This document shows, piece after piece, positions 18,766 through 27,674 of a stretch of 61,822 bases of DNA. Every line of letters begins with the position of its first letter. The stretch's first letter is position 1. The translations under genes and the position numbers were made by a program. Origin of the DNA: a virus (lineage: Duplodnaviria > Caudoviricetes); the IMG/VR virus record IMGVR_UViG_3300032285_001570, positions 1 to 61,822 of that record; one strand, 5' to 3'. Under the pieces are notes generated by a model. It was given only the letters and a program-made list of their open reading frames with translations. It was not told the origin of the DNA and did no database searches.

Positions 18766-19236
18766 TTAGTTCTGTAACGATGTTGGGTTAGCTGCACCGT
18801 CAGAGCCACGCACAACGTACGCAATCACAATCGTTCCCGCACCAGTCGTCGCCGAAGCAAGTGTGTAGGTCACAATCGCGTCGGTCGTACCAACGTTATT
18901 GATTAAACCAGCAGCAGTCGTGCTTGCAGCACCGAGCGTAAAAGAAACAACACCAGCAGTGGCAGTTGGAAGCGTCGCAGTGTTTGTGATATCAGTCGCG
19001 CCAATCGAAAGCTTTAACGTGCCAGCGCCATACAGCGTTGTGCAGTTAAAAGATGCTGAAGTAATTTGTGCGCCAGCAGGAAGAACAAAAGCTGTTGCGG
19101 CAGTGCCGCTTGTTCCAATTGCAATGCTTTGGGACACGATGGTCGCGCCCATGTTACGAATCGTTCCAGCAGTAGTGCCGGTCGTGTTTTTAACGGTACC
19201 GAGTAACCACGGTCCAAGATGAGTAGCGAAACCCAT
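18766..19236 (-). CDS. Virion structural protein (head decoration/fibre candidate)
   Basis: T/A/G-rich; LPAGAQI motif; downstream of capsid gene. Confidence 0.6.
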   Translation of the reverse strand: MGFATHLGPWLLGTVKNTTGTTAGTIRNMGATIVSQSIAIGTSGTAATAFVLPAGAQITSASFNCTTLYGAGTLKLSIGATDITNTATLPTATAGVVSFTLGAASTTAAGLINNVGTTDAIVTYTLASATTGAGTIVIAYVVRGSDGAANPTSLQN

Positions 19237-19242
19237 TTAAAT

Positions 19243-19316
19243 CTCCTTATGCACAAGTCGCCATACCATCAGTGCACTGTCCTCTAGGTAGGTTGGTATG
19301 ACTGAAATCCTAGCTA
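19243..19316 (-). ncRNA. Double-pseudoknot leader RNA, probably Mu-gpT-DE-like
   Basis: Interleaved helices CUAGG/CCUAG, GUCAUACCA/UGGUAUGGC, UGCAC/GUGCA ending at the AAGGAG SD; downstream of gpT-like capsid gene. Confidence 0.6.
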
Positions 19317-19335
19317 AGTAAATACTACACTAAAA

Positions 19336-19367
19336 ACTAAATAAAGGGGGTTTTTACACCCCCCTTA
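19336..19367 (-). terminator. Intrinsic terminator after acidic mini-gene
   Basis: AAGGGGG-loop-CCCCCTT plus TATTT. Confidence 0.65.
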
Positions 19368-19375
19368 ATTAATAC

Positions 19376-19564
19376 TTACGCTTCCTCGTACTCTTCCTCT
19401 TCCTCTTCTTCCTCTTCCTCTTCCTCGTCCCAATCCTCGTCTTCGTCTTCATCAACTTCTGGGATTTGCAACGACTCTAAGAAATCACCCAAGCCACTCA
19501 GGTCAAGGTCGTAATCCGATTCAATCGTCAAGGTAACGCCGAAATACTCAATTGTGATGCTCAT
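19376..19564 (-). CDS. Hyper-acidic 62-aa protein (DNA-mimic candidate)
   Basis: GGAG RBS; no K or R; poly-E/D C-terminal half. Confidence 0.7.
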   Translation of the reverse strand: MSITIEYFGVTLTIESDYDLDLSGLGDFLESLQIPEVDEDEDEDWDEEEEEEEEEEEEYEEA

Positions 19565-19663
19565 GTCAGTATCTCCGTAAATTGTTGCGGTAGCACAATT
19601 GCTACCACGCTCATTTTACCGGCCATATATGACACTAAAAATATTATTTAAATCCTTGATTAT

Positions 19664-19694
19664 AAATAAAAAAGGGGGGCTTTTGGCCCCCCTT
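19664..19694 (-). terminator. Intrinsic terminator after major capsid gene
   Basis: AAGGGGGGC-CAAAA-GCCCCCCTT followed by TTTTATTT. Confidence 0.8.
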
Positions 19695-19703
19695 CCGTAC
19701 TAC

Positions 19704-20612
19704 TTACGCACCTTGCGAACCAAAGATTCCAAGGGGATCAGACCAGCCGAAGCTGTAACGCTCACGAGCCTTGTAACGGACGTTACCGGTGTCGAAGTCG
19801 CCGTCCATGCTGTTTTGCAGCGGGGTGCGGACGAAGTGCTTCATACCGTTAGGCACGTCGGTCATCAAGAACCAGCCGTTGGTGTCGGTCAAGAAGTGGT
19901 TAACAGCGTAACCTTCTGGGATCGAAGCCAATGACTTGATCGCGTTGATGTCGTTGTCGGTCGTGCCAACACGCAATTCCGTCTGCAAGAGGCGGGTTGC
20001 GACGAACATCAGGCTTGGAGGAACAATCAACTTGCGTGGTTTAGCAGCGATGAGCAAACCACGTTCGTCGGTCCAGCCAGCGATCTGAATAACGGCGGCT
20101 TCAAGCGAAGTCTCGTTCAGGTCGGCTTGGGTTGCGAAAGTGTTGCTGTTCGTGCCACCCGAAACAAGCGGATGATCCGTAGCGCAGAGAACCTTACCGT
20201 CACCACCGGTGTAACCCGAGGTAAAGGCGTTGTTCAGCACTGCGGCACCCTTAACTTGCTTGGTGTACGCCATAGCGCGAGCCAACGACTTGGTGTAACG
20301 AGCAGACAAGCTGTCGTACAAGTTATCCTCAATCGCTTCTTCAGTGATCGAGAAACCCAAGGCGATGGTTTCGTGCTGGTAACGAGCCGTCCAAGCTTCT
20401 TGGGCGTTGTCATAGGCAATTGCGTTGCCCTCGTTCTTGACAGGAGCGGCGGAGAAACCGGACAGCTTGGTTTCTTCTTCGAACGAACGCTCAGAGCTCT
20501 CGGTTTCATAGATCTCTTTGTGCTCTTCGCCGTAACGAGCATACTCCAAGCCGAACAATGCGTTCAGACCGGGGAGAAGCTCTTTCAGTAGTTGTGCGCG
20601 TGAAATAGCCAT
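19704..20612 (-). CDS. Major capsid protein (Mu gpT-like, HK97 fold)
   Basis: MAISRAQLLKELLPGLNALFGLEY...PRKLIVPP...DFDTGNVRYKARERYSFGWSDP; strong terminator follows. Confidence 0.85.
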   Translation of the reverse strand: MAISRAQLLKELLPGLNALFGLEYARYGEEHKEIYETESSERSFEEETKLSGFSAAPVKNEGNAIAYDNAQEAWTARYQHETIALGFSITEEAIEDNLYDSLSARYTKSLARAMAYTKQVKGAAVLNNAFTSGYTGGDGKVLCATDHPLVSGGTNSNTFATQADLNETSLEAAVIQIAGWTDERGLLIAAKPRKLIVPPSLMFVATRLLQTELRVGTTDNDINAIKSLASIPEGYAVNHFLTDTNGWFLMTDVPNGMKHFVRTPLQNSMDGDFDTGNVRYKARERYSFGWSDPLGIFGSQGA

Positions 20613-20624
20613 TTAAATATCCCC

Positions 20625-21248
20625 TTAGATGCCAGTGGCGCCGCGATAAATATGAACACCCTGAGTCCAAGTCACGAGGACTTCGACAAAGGAACCAGCG
20701 GCAGTTGCTGTGTCAGGCACAACGTCTACCACTTTGAACGTGTAGGTGCTGGTTGTGCCAGCCGCGTTCAGGATTGCTTGCTGCGAATCACCGGTGGTCG
20801 TGCTACCAATGTTGTTCACGAGCTGGGCGTTGCCGCCAACCAATGAAGAACGAGCAGCTTGAGCCACGGTCGTGCCGCTTGACACGATTGCACAACGCAT
20901 CACCAAGTCAGGATCGTCAGCCACGTAAGCTTGGATCGAGTTGGCGCTGTCAGGCGTGCCAGTCGTGCTAGCTGGGTAGTACTGCGCGTAAATGCGCTGA
21001 CCAGCCGAGTTGATGTATGAACAGCCAAGGAACACACCAGCAACTTGCACGGAGGTGGTCGTGTTAACAGTCGTACCGCCGCCAACCACGCAGCCGGAAG
21101 CCGACATCAAAACAACGTCACCGTAGAAAATTGCTGTGCCCCAGCCGCTCTCGATCGGGATTTGACGGGTGGATCCGGCGTAAACCTGACCACCTAGCAA
21201 ATTCACCGGACGAAAGCCGTAAGGCTTGTCGACAGTTGGATATGCCAT
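20625..21248 (-). CDS. Capsid cement/minor head protein
   Basis: PYGFRPV...IFYGD.V...GVF.GC.Y...VADDPD; between scaffold and MCP. Confidence 0.6.
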   Translation of the reverse strand: MAYPTVDKPYGFRPVNLLGGQVYAGSTRQIPIESGWGTAIFYGDVVLMSASGCVVGGGTTVNTTTSVQVAGVFLGCSYINSAGQRIYAQYYPASTTGTPDSANSIQAYVADDPDLVMRCAIVSSGTTVAQAARSSLVGGNAQLVNNIGSTTTGDSQQAILNAAGTTSTYTFKVVDVVPDTATAAGSFVEVLVTWTQGVHIYRGATGI

Positions 21249-21267
21249 TTAAAAAGCTCCTAAAAGG

Positions 21268-21723
21268 TTATTTGGACCCGCGCCCAAATGAAACCGCAGA
21301 TTTGCGTTCATTGAACAACGGCATCCGAGGGTCGTTTGTCTTCATAAAACTATTGTCCACTGCCTCAATTTGAGATTCGGATTGGCGGCCGTAATATGCA
21401 TTACGCTGCTGCACCATCTCAATTGGTGCCTTGCACAACAGCAAACCTCCTACCTCAACATTGTCTTTAAACTTACTGCTGGGGTCGGAGTAAAGGTGCA
21501 TCTCTGGATGGTCTTCTGACTTGCAGGGAACCCATCCTTCTCTAAACTTTGCGGAAGTATTCGTGGGATCAAATTGACCCATGATTGCTGTCCGAATCCA
21601 CCTAAACGCGTAACCATCTTTGGGTTCCGGTGTTGGTAGTGTCTGTGGGGCAACCCACGCTGCAGGTCGCTGTGTAGTTTCTCTACCTTGTAACTCACGA
21701 GCGAGACGAGTATTTTCAGCCAT
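21268..21723 (-). CDS. Conserved head-module protein
   Basis: LPTPEPKDGYAFRWIR...REGWVP...VGGLLLCK. Confidence 0.6.
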   Translation of the reverse strand: MAENTRLARELQGRETTQRPAAWVAPQTLPTPEPKDGYAFRWIRTAIMGQFDPTNTSAKFREGWVPCKSEDHPEMHLYSDPSSKFKDNVEVGGLLLCKAPIEMVQQRNAYYGRQSESQIEAVDNSFMKTNDPRMPLFNERKSAVSFGRGSK

Positions 21724-22684
21724 TTTGTTTCTCCAAGTTAAGAACTGCTTTTGCGTACACTTCCGGTTTTAAGCCCAACTTCTTGGCCAGAGCCATCTGT
21801 GTGTTCGTAAGTCGCACTTGTTTTGGCGCGGTGCTTCGCGTTGCTGGAGCTACAACTGTGGCTGCTTTGCGCGGAGCGGGCTTTTCGTCCACTGCCTCCG
21901 TCGGTTCAGGCTTGGCTTCCTCAAATTGCTCTGGGAAACGTCGCCGTATTGTTTCATCCACTCGGCGGTAGTAGTCATCACTTGTAGGATCTACACCAGA
22001 CCGGACCAGCTTCTCATGCAGGCCAAGAGCGAGGGCAGTCATCTCCTCATCCGCACCGAACCAGGTATTTTTCGCTTTCCAAGCTTCCGCTTTAAGATCG
22101 CGATTTTGCTGCATTTGGCGTGGTTGAACCTGTTCAGTTTTAGTTTCTACTCCAATTTCACTTGCATGTAAAGAGGGTGAATTCACCTCACGTAACCGTA
22201 ACTTGGCATCTGTGAGTTCCTCTTGTGCATCTGTAATCAATGAAGCGTCGCCAGATTCATAGGCTTCCTTCAAGCGCTGCTTGGCAGCCAGCAACTCTGC
22301 ATTTGCGCTCTTGGTTATCTCTTCAGCAATCAGCTTCTTGCCAGCACCAAGCTGCTGTTTCAATTGCCGGTTTTCTTCAAGATACGCCTGCGCTACCCTA
22401 AACGCTTCCTCCCTTTCACGGGCGGCAGAATCTTTGGCTCGGCGCTCGTCATGCCAGACCTTCTTCATCTGGCTCAGACGTTTCTTGACCTTTTCCGAAT
22501 ATTCTTCTAGATCGTCTTTTTCAAGCTCCTCCACAATCTCTGATGGGAGCGGCTCACGCCCACGGTCTTGCGGCGGCGTGTCATCTACTACCTCAAGCTC
22601 AATATCCTCTATGGTTTCTTCAGGAGCAGCTGCTTGAGCTGCTGGAGTTTCATCAATTTCATCTGGAAATTTAAAGCCTGCCAT
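21716..22684 (-). CDS. Capsid scaffolding protein
   Basis: Acidic N-terminus, long coiled coil, AKKLGL..E.YAK C-terminus; position before MCP. Confidence 0.7.
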   Translation of the reverse strand: MAGFKFPDEIDETPAAQAAAPEETIEDIELEVVDDTPPQDRGREPLPSEIVEELEKDDLEEYSEKVKKRLSQMKKVWHDERRAKDSAAREREEAFRVAQAYLEENRQLKQQLGAGKKLIAEEITKSANAELLAAKQRLKEAYESGDASLITDAQEELTDAKLRLREVNSPSLHASEIGVETKTEQVQPRQMQQNRDLKAEAWKAKNTWFGADEEMTALALGLHEKLVRSGVDPTSDDYYRRVDETIRRRFPEQFEEAKPEPTEAVDEKPAPRKAATVVAPATRSTAPKQVRLTNTQMALAKKLGLKPEVYAKAVLNLEKQNG

Positions 22685-22693
22685 GTTTCACCC

Positions 22694-23074
22694 CTATGCG
22701 TTGGTGATGCCGCGTGGATCTTCAACCACGGCTTCAACGGTATCGTCATTAATAATGCGGAACTCTCTGCCATGAATCTTGAATCGCGTACCTGCGTACG
22801 CACGAGTCATCACAAAGTCGCCCTTTTTGCACCAAGGCCCAGAAGGGAAACGTGCTTTGTCGCTGTAGGCCATGTCGCCCAACTCAACAACAAATAACAC
22901 CTTGGTGGTTAGTTCTTCAGTCATGATTGTCGAATCAGCCTTGATCAATCCGCTGTCAAACTCTTCTTCAATCGCTGGAACCATGCACAAAATCCGGTAG
23001 CCTTTTGGAGCTGGGATTTGCTTGGCTTTTGATTCTGCTTCTGCTTGTGTTTCTGCAACGTCAATACTACTCAT
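22694..23074 (-). CDS. groES: Co-chaperonin GroES-like protein (start revised to MSSIDV)
   Basis: P.GYRIL...SGLI...VVELG..AY...KGDFV...YAGT...EFRIINDD.V.AVV. Confidence 0.75.
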   Translation of the reverse strand: MSSIDVAETQAEAESKAKQIPAPKGYRILCMVPAIEEEFDSGLIKADSTIMTEELTTKVLFVVELGDMAYSDKARFPSGPWCKKGDFVMTRAYAGTRFKIHGREFRIINDDTVEAVVEDPRGITNA

Positions 23075-23267
23075 CGTCGTCTTCCTCTGCTTTCTTTGCA
23101 AGGTCTGTTATAAGTTCCTTTGCGTAGGCAAGACCCTGAATGACTCCGCAAAGTTTTTGATACTCAGAATAATCTTCGACTGTTCCTCTAGATAAAAACT
23201 GAGCAATTTCTGCGCGACGTTCATCAATTTTTGCGTTGATGTAGTCAACGGATTTGTCATCTATCAC
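23067..23267 (-). CDS. Small conserved protein after portal
   Basis: DYSEYQKLCGVIQGL; coupled ORF. Confidence 0.6.
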   Translation of the reverse strand: MIDDKSVDYINAKIDERRAEIAQFLSRGTVEDYSEYQKLCGVIQGLAYAKELITDLAKKAEEDDDE

Positions 23268-25729
23268 TGTTGTTTAGCTCCCTTTGGTTGTGCAAGCTGC
23301 GCCTTGTGTTTGGCGATATCAATACCCATGCGAAGACCGTCTTTCTGATCTTCTCTTTGTGCAACATCACGCTCTTTGGCGATTTGCGCGCCAACCTTCA
23401 TCCCCTCAAGCTGCTGCTTGCCTTGAAGCTCCGCTTCTTTGAGACGGATCTCGTCAGCTTTTGCTAGTGCATCAGTCTTGTCCTTCATAATCTTGCGATC
23501 AACGTCTGCTTTCTTAATTGCAAGCTCCTGCATCTGCATCTGAACCAGAGGATCTTGAGCCTGTTGTGCTGCCTGTTGCGCTTGTGCTTCAGCGGTATCT
23601 TTCTGAAGAAGTTTTGCGGCGGCTTGCGCGGCCAGTTGTGATAGCTGCACCTCAACTTCTGGTGGTAGGGTGTGCTCGCCATCCTTCTCAGGCATCGGTG
23701 GCAACGCAGCACCAAGTTGCTTTTCAATTTCTTTGCGATACTGGAATGCGACGTGCTCCATGATGTGCGCCATCGCTGCCTGTTGTATCGACTGCGCCTG
23801 CGGATTTTGACCCATCAACGCAGCAAGTTTTGGATCGCGCATCGCAGACATGTGAACAGCCAAGTGCGCCTCGTGATCCTGATACAGGAAAGCCTTCACA
23901 GGTTTTCCATTCATAATATTCATGTTCTCAGTCACTGGATCCACCGGCCGCATATCAGATGGCAGCGGCACAATCTTGTCGACGTTCTTCACGCCAATTG
24001 TCTCAATCATTTGACGGTGCAAATACGCCAAGTCATACAACTGTGGTGCGCTCGCAGCCAATTGAAGAACAGCCTGGAACTGCACAACCTTTTGACTCAT
24101 GGTCGCTGCGTTCGGATCTCCAACTGGGTAAATATCCGTGTGATCGTAGTCAGACTTTTTGGCCTTGCGATTGCCAACTTCTGGTTCGTAGCTGTATTCC
24201 TCTGGCGTATCGTCACGAATAATTCCAGCCAACAAGCGGAACTCCTGCTTCATGGCATAGTAAATGCGCGCTTGTACTGCGCTCATTACCTTTAATACAC
24301 GCTCTAAAACCGCCAGCGTTGTGCCAACCGGAGCCTGCGCTGACATGTCGCTGATCTTCAAATCAGCCACAGCAGCAAATCGTCTGCCGTCTTCAACCAC
24401 TTGGTTCATCAAGGCCATCAATACTTGGCTTGGTTCCTTATATGGAAGCGGCAAGATGTTGTCTTTGATCGCGCCACTTGGCAGATCCACATCCCTAAAT
24501 TCTCCCGGAGCAATCGGTGTATCGTCGCCCTTAACACGCAACCCACGCGCTTTTAATCCACCCGGCAAATTAGACAGGGTTCCTGCGTCGATCAACTGAC
24601 GCATTAACGATGTACCAGCTTTTGCATGCCCACCAATTAGATGGATCAGGCCAAAGTAATAAAAACCAAAGCCCGGAATGTATCCATAATGCACAAAGTG
24701 TTGGCGACGCTCTTTGAGTTTGTCGTCTTGCAACCAATTACGACGAATGGACAGAATTGTTGATGTACCCTTCTCCATCGTCACAACATATGGCAGCGCA
24801 ATACCAGTGGGCTCACCGTCTTTGTCTTTATCTTCGTAGCCATCAAGATCAAGATTGACGTGCATCTCTAGTAATTGGAAGCGGTTGTCAGCGTTCGCTG
24901 TAAATCCAGTCTCCAACGCTTTTTGCTTTTCAACTTCATCAAGAACCGTCATCGGTTCGCCAAGATCCACGTCTCTATAGAACCCAGCCACCTGCAATTT
25001 GCGTAATTCGTTCTTGGTTTTACGCATGCGATGCGTAATACGATCCGCAGATTCAAGATTCATCGCACCATAAGGCACAACAATGTCCTCTGCTGCGATA
25101 AATACTGAGGCTTGCCGGTCTAAACTTGGGTCAAAATACACTTTCTTGAAAGCATTACCAGATAAACACAGGCTGATTAACATGCGCTCGTGCTCTGGAC
25201 GGTACTCTTTCATCACTTCTGTCAGCTGATAGTTCATATCATCAGCAACACGGATCGATGCATCCTTCTTTTCCGGTGTTTCTTTACCAACAATCTTCGT
25301 TTTCACCGGTCCCATCGCTGGGAACGTCTCCATGATCGTCTCTGACTGAAACTTAACGGCGCTTTCCATCAAGAGCGGGTGATAAACACCGCACGCACCA
25401 GGCCACGGCTCAGTCCGGTCCTCATAATTCAGACCCAAAAGCTTTAATCCCTTCACATACGTATCGAGCCAGTCTTTACGTGCCGTTAAATCTGAATCGT
25501 AATCACCAAGCAAGTCGCCAGCGAGTGAGGCCAGCACCTGATCAGGAATAACTTCTGCTAAGTTTTCACCAAAATCTTCATCCACTTCTTTGGCAATCTG
25601 TAGCTCCATGCCATCCATATGAATATTGACTGCCTCTGGATCCTCGATCTCGATTTCAATATCGGGTTCATCTTGAGCTAGCGCCTCTAAACCTTGAGGG
25701 GCTTCGTACAGTGACTTTTCGACAGCCAT
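23264..25729 (-). CDS. Portal protein
   Basis: 821 aa directly after TerL; PWPGA.GV.HP, GFYYFGLIH, DAGTLSNLP; Gln-rich helical barrel C-terminus. Confidence 0.85.
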   Translation of the reverse strand: MAVEKSLYEAPQGLEALAQDEPDIEIEIEDPEAVNIHMDGMELQIAKEVDEDFGENLAEVIPDQVLASLAGDLLGDYDSDLTARKDWLDTYVKGLKLLGLNYEDRTEPWPGACGVYHPLLMESAVKFQSETIMETFPAMGPVKTKIVGKETPEKKDASIRVADDMNYQLTEVMKEYRPEHERMLISLCLSGNAFKKVYFDPSLDRQASVFIAAEDIVVPYGAMNLESADRITHRMRKTKNELRKLQVAGFYRDVDLGEPMTVLDEVEKQKALETGFTANADNRFQLLEMHVNLDLDGYEDKDKDGEPTGIALPYVVTMEKGTSTILSIRRNWLQDDKLKERRQHFVHYGYIPGFGFYYFGLIHLIGGHAKAGTSLMRQLIDAGTLSNLPGGLKARGLRVKGDDTPIAPGEFRDVDLPSGAIKDNILPLPYKEPSQVLMALMNQVVEDGRRFAAVADLKISDMSAQAPVGTTLAVLERVLKVMSAVQARIYYAMKQEFRLLAGIIRDDTPEEYSYEPEVGNRKAKKSDYDHTDIYPVGDPNAATMSQKVVQFQAVLQLAASAPQLYDLAYLHRQMIETIGVKNVDKIVPLPSDMRPVDPVTENMNIMNGKPVKAFLYQDHEAHLAVHMSAMRDPKLAALMGQNPQAQSIQQAAMAHIMEHVAFQYRKEIEKQLGAALPPMPEKDGEHTLPPEVEVQLSQLAAQAAAKLLQKDTAEAQAQQAAQQAQDPLVQMQMQELAIKKADVDRKIMKDKTDALAKADEIRLKEAELQGKQQLEGMKVGAQIAKERDVAQREDQKDGLRMGIDIAKHKAQLAQPKGAKQQ

Positions 25730-25738
25730 TTAATTCTC

Positions 25739-27295
25739 CTAATAGTACCCAGCGTTCCGATGGGATTTAAATTCTCGTATTGGATCTTCTTCATCCATCT
25801 CAACTCTGATAAAGCCGCCTTTTCTAAAGCGCATCAAAGCCATAGATACCGTATCAACATAATCGTCGTGATCCCCAGCTGGGAAAGAGGCAACTTCATC
25901 CACCACTTCTTCAGCCCAATGCGTATTAGGCGCCCAGACTCTTCCAGATGCAAAGAGATCTGACACCGCATTCAACCTCGTGATTTTATCGTTACCCTTA
26001 GTGGGCGTGAATTCCTGAACAGGAATGCCCATCGCTCGCAACTCATAGATTAATGGAGCCCCAGAGGCTTTCTTCTCAATCACCACAGAATCCGGATTCC
26101 ATTCTTTGTACTCCCTAAAGAACAACCTCTTTAGTTCTGGAAACTCCACCTTGTCACGAATCGCATTCAGCAAAATAATGTTCGCATTACTTCGGCCATC
26201 TTCATCGTCTGTATAAAAAACACCCCAAACCGTACACGCTGAATAGTCCGCTCGCGTCTTTTTCTCAAACGCCGTATCCCAACTCATCAACACATAATCA
26301 CACGGCGGCGGCGTGTCACTATCCCAGATCTTCCACCACTCTCTCTTAACAATAGCTGCCGAATCCGATGTCGGATTCTGTTGATACTGCGCCTGCCACT
26401 TACTATTCGGTAGCTCGTTTCTTAAAGACTCAAGCTCCTCCAACTTCCAAAACTCAGGCCACAACGGTTTCCCAGACGGCAAGATAGCAGGAAATTCAAT
26501 AACTTCCCACTCCTCCCCACCCCTTTGTGCCTCAGCCTTCAACACCTGCGCTGTTAAGTCCCTCTTACTCCACCGAGTCATGACCACTACAATAGCCCCA
26601 CCAGGCTGCAAACGCTGTCTCGGTCCAGAGGTAAACCACTCATACACCTTGTCGTAAACCTCGGGATTTCCCTCAGCTAACGCTGCCTCTTGCTCAGAAT
26701 GCGGGTCATCAATAATCAATAAATCCGCACCCTTTCCCGTCACCGTTCCACCAACACCAATAGCAAAGTATTCCCCGTTCTCGTTCGTCGACCACCGACC
26801 CGCCGCCTTCGAATCGTGCCGCAACGCTACATTCGGAAAAATCCGACTGTAAATATCCCCATCAACTAAGTTCCTCACCTTCCGACCAAAACCCACCGCC
26901 AGTTCCGCAGTATTCGAACTCTGAATAATCTTCCGCTGCGGGAACTTTCCCAAATACCAACTAGGCAATAAATACGAGGCAAACTCACTCTTCGTATGCC
27001 GAGGCGGCATATTAATAATCAACCGCTTCAACTCCCCCTTCGCTACCCGCTCAAACGCATCAGCCATCACCTCATGGTGCCGACCATGTATAAAGTTCGG
27101 CCACATCGCCTTCACATAATCCATAAACCGCTCCTGCCCACGCTCCCGCCGGACAGAATGCATGTACTCCTCAGCCATCAACAACAAATGCTCCCGCTGC
27201 CCCTCCGGCATACAGTCTATAACCTGTACCAACTTATCCTCAGGCAAAGACTTCAACGCCTCAAACAGCCCGTCATCTGTCAAATCCTCAATCAA
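25739..27295 (-). CDS. terL: Terminase large subunit
   Basis: MPPRHTKS Walker A, LLIIDDP Walker B, MTRW, SWDTA nuclease, HDDYVD. Confidence 0.95.
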   Translation of the reverse strand: MIEDLTDDGLFEALKSLPEDKLVQVIDCMPEGQREHLLLMAEEYMHSVRRERGQERFMDYVKAMWPNFIHGRHHEVMADAFERVAKGELKRLIINMPPRHTKSEFASYLLPSWYLGKFPQRKIIQSSNTAELAVGFGRKVRNLVDGDIYSRIFPNVALRHDSKAAGRWSTNENGEYFAIGVGGTVTGKGADLLIIDDPHSEQEAALAEGNPEVYDKVYEWFTSGPRQRLQPGGAIVVVMTRWSKRDLTAQVLKAEAQRGGEEWEVIEFPAILPSGKPLWPEFWKLEELESLRNELPNSKWQAQYQQNPTSDSAAIVKREWWKIWDSDTPPPCDYVLMSWDTAFEKKTRADYSACTVWGVFYTDDEDGRSNANIILLNAIRDKVEFPELKRLFFREYKEWNPDSVVIEKKASGAPLIYELRAMGIPVQEFTPTKGNDKITRLNAVSDLFASGRVWAPNTHWAEEVVDEVASFPAGDHDDYVDTVSMALMRFRKGGFIRVEMDEEDPIREFKSHRNAGYY

Positions 27296-27512
27296 TCTTA
27301 TGCACCCTCAAATAACTCGGCCGTATCGACCTCGCCCTACCCTTCACTCCCTTACATACCCCCAACCGAACCAATGACCACATCTTCCGCGCCACATTCC
27401 CACGACCCTTCTCACCAGTAAAATTCATCACGTCATCTATAGACGGACCAAAACCAAACCGCTTCCACCACTCATCTATAACTAAATAAATCTCCTTCTG
27501 CGCTGGCGTCAT
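27288..27512 (-). CDS. LexA-type winged-HTH DNA-binding protein without peptidase domain (start revised)
   Basis: MTPAQKEIY..I......GFGPSIDDV......G...V......LV.LG......RARSIR. Confidence 0.7.
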   Translation of the reverse strand: MTPAQKEIYLVIDEWWKRFGFGPSIDDVMNFTGEKGRGNVARKMWSLVRLGVCKGVKGRARSIRPSYLRVHKID

Positions 27513-27651
27513 TTCCCTTTTCTCCAAAATATACCCCCCTCCCCCCACCCAATTCCAAAACATAAGGGGGGGGGTTCCTATAAATCATCCCCACCAAAAC
27601 CTGCCAAAAAATCACTTTTCAAGAACAAATCTTTTTAAATCAACAGCTTGC

Positions 27652-27674
27652 CAACTATAACAGTGTTATAGTTG
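27652..27674. promoter_or_regulatory. 23-bp palindrome, copy 1
   Basis: CAACTATAACA-G-TGTTATAGTTG; matches 44075-44097 except the centre base. Confidence 0.75.
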
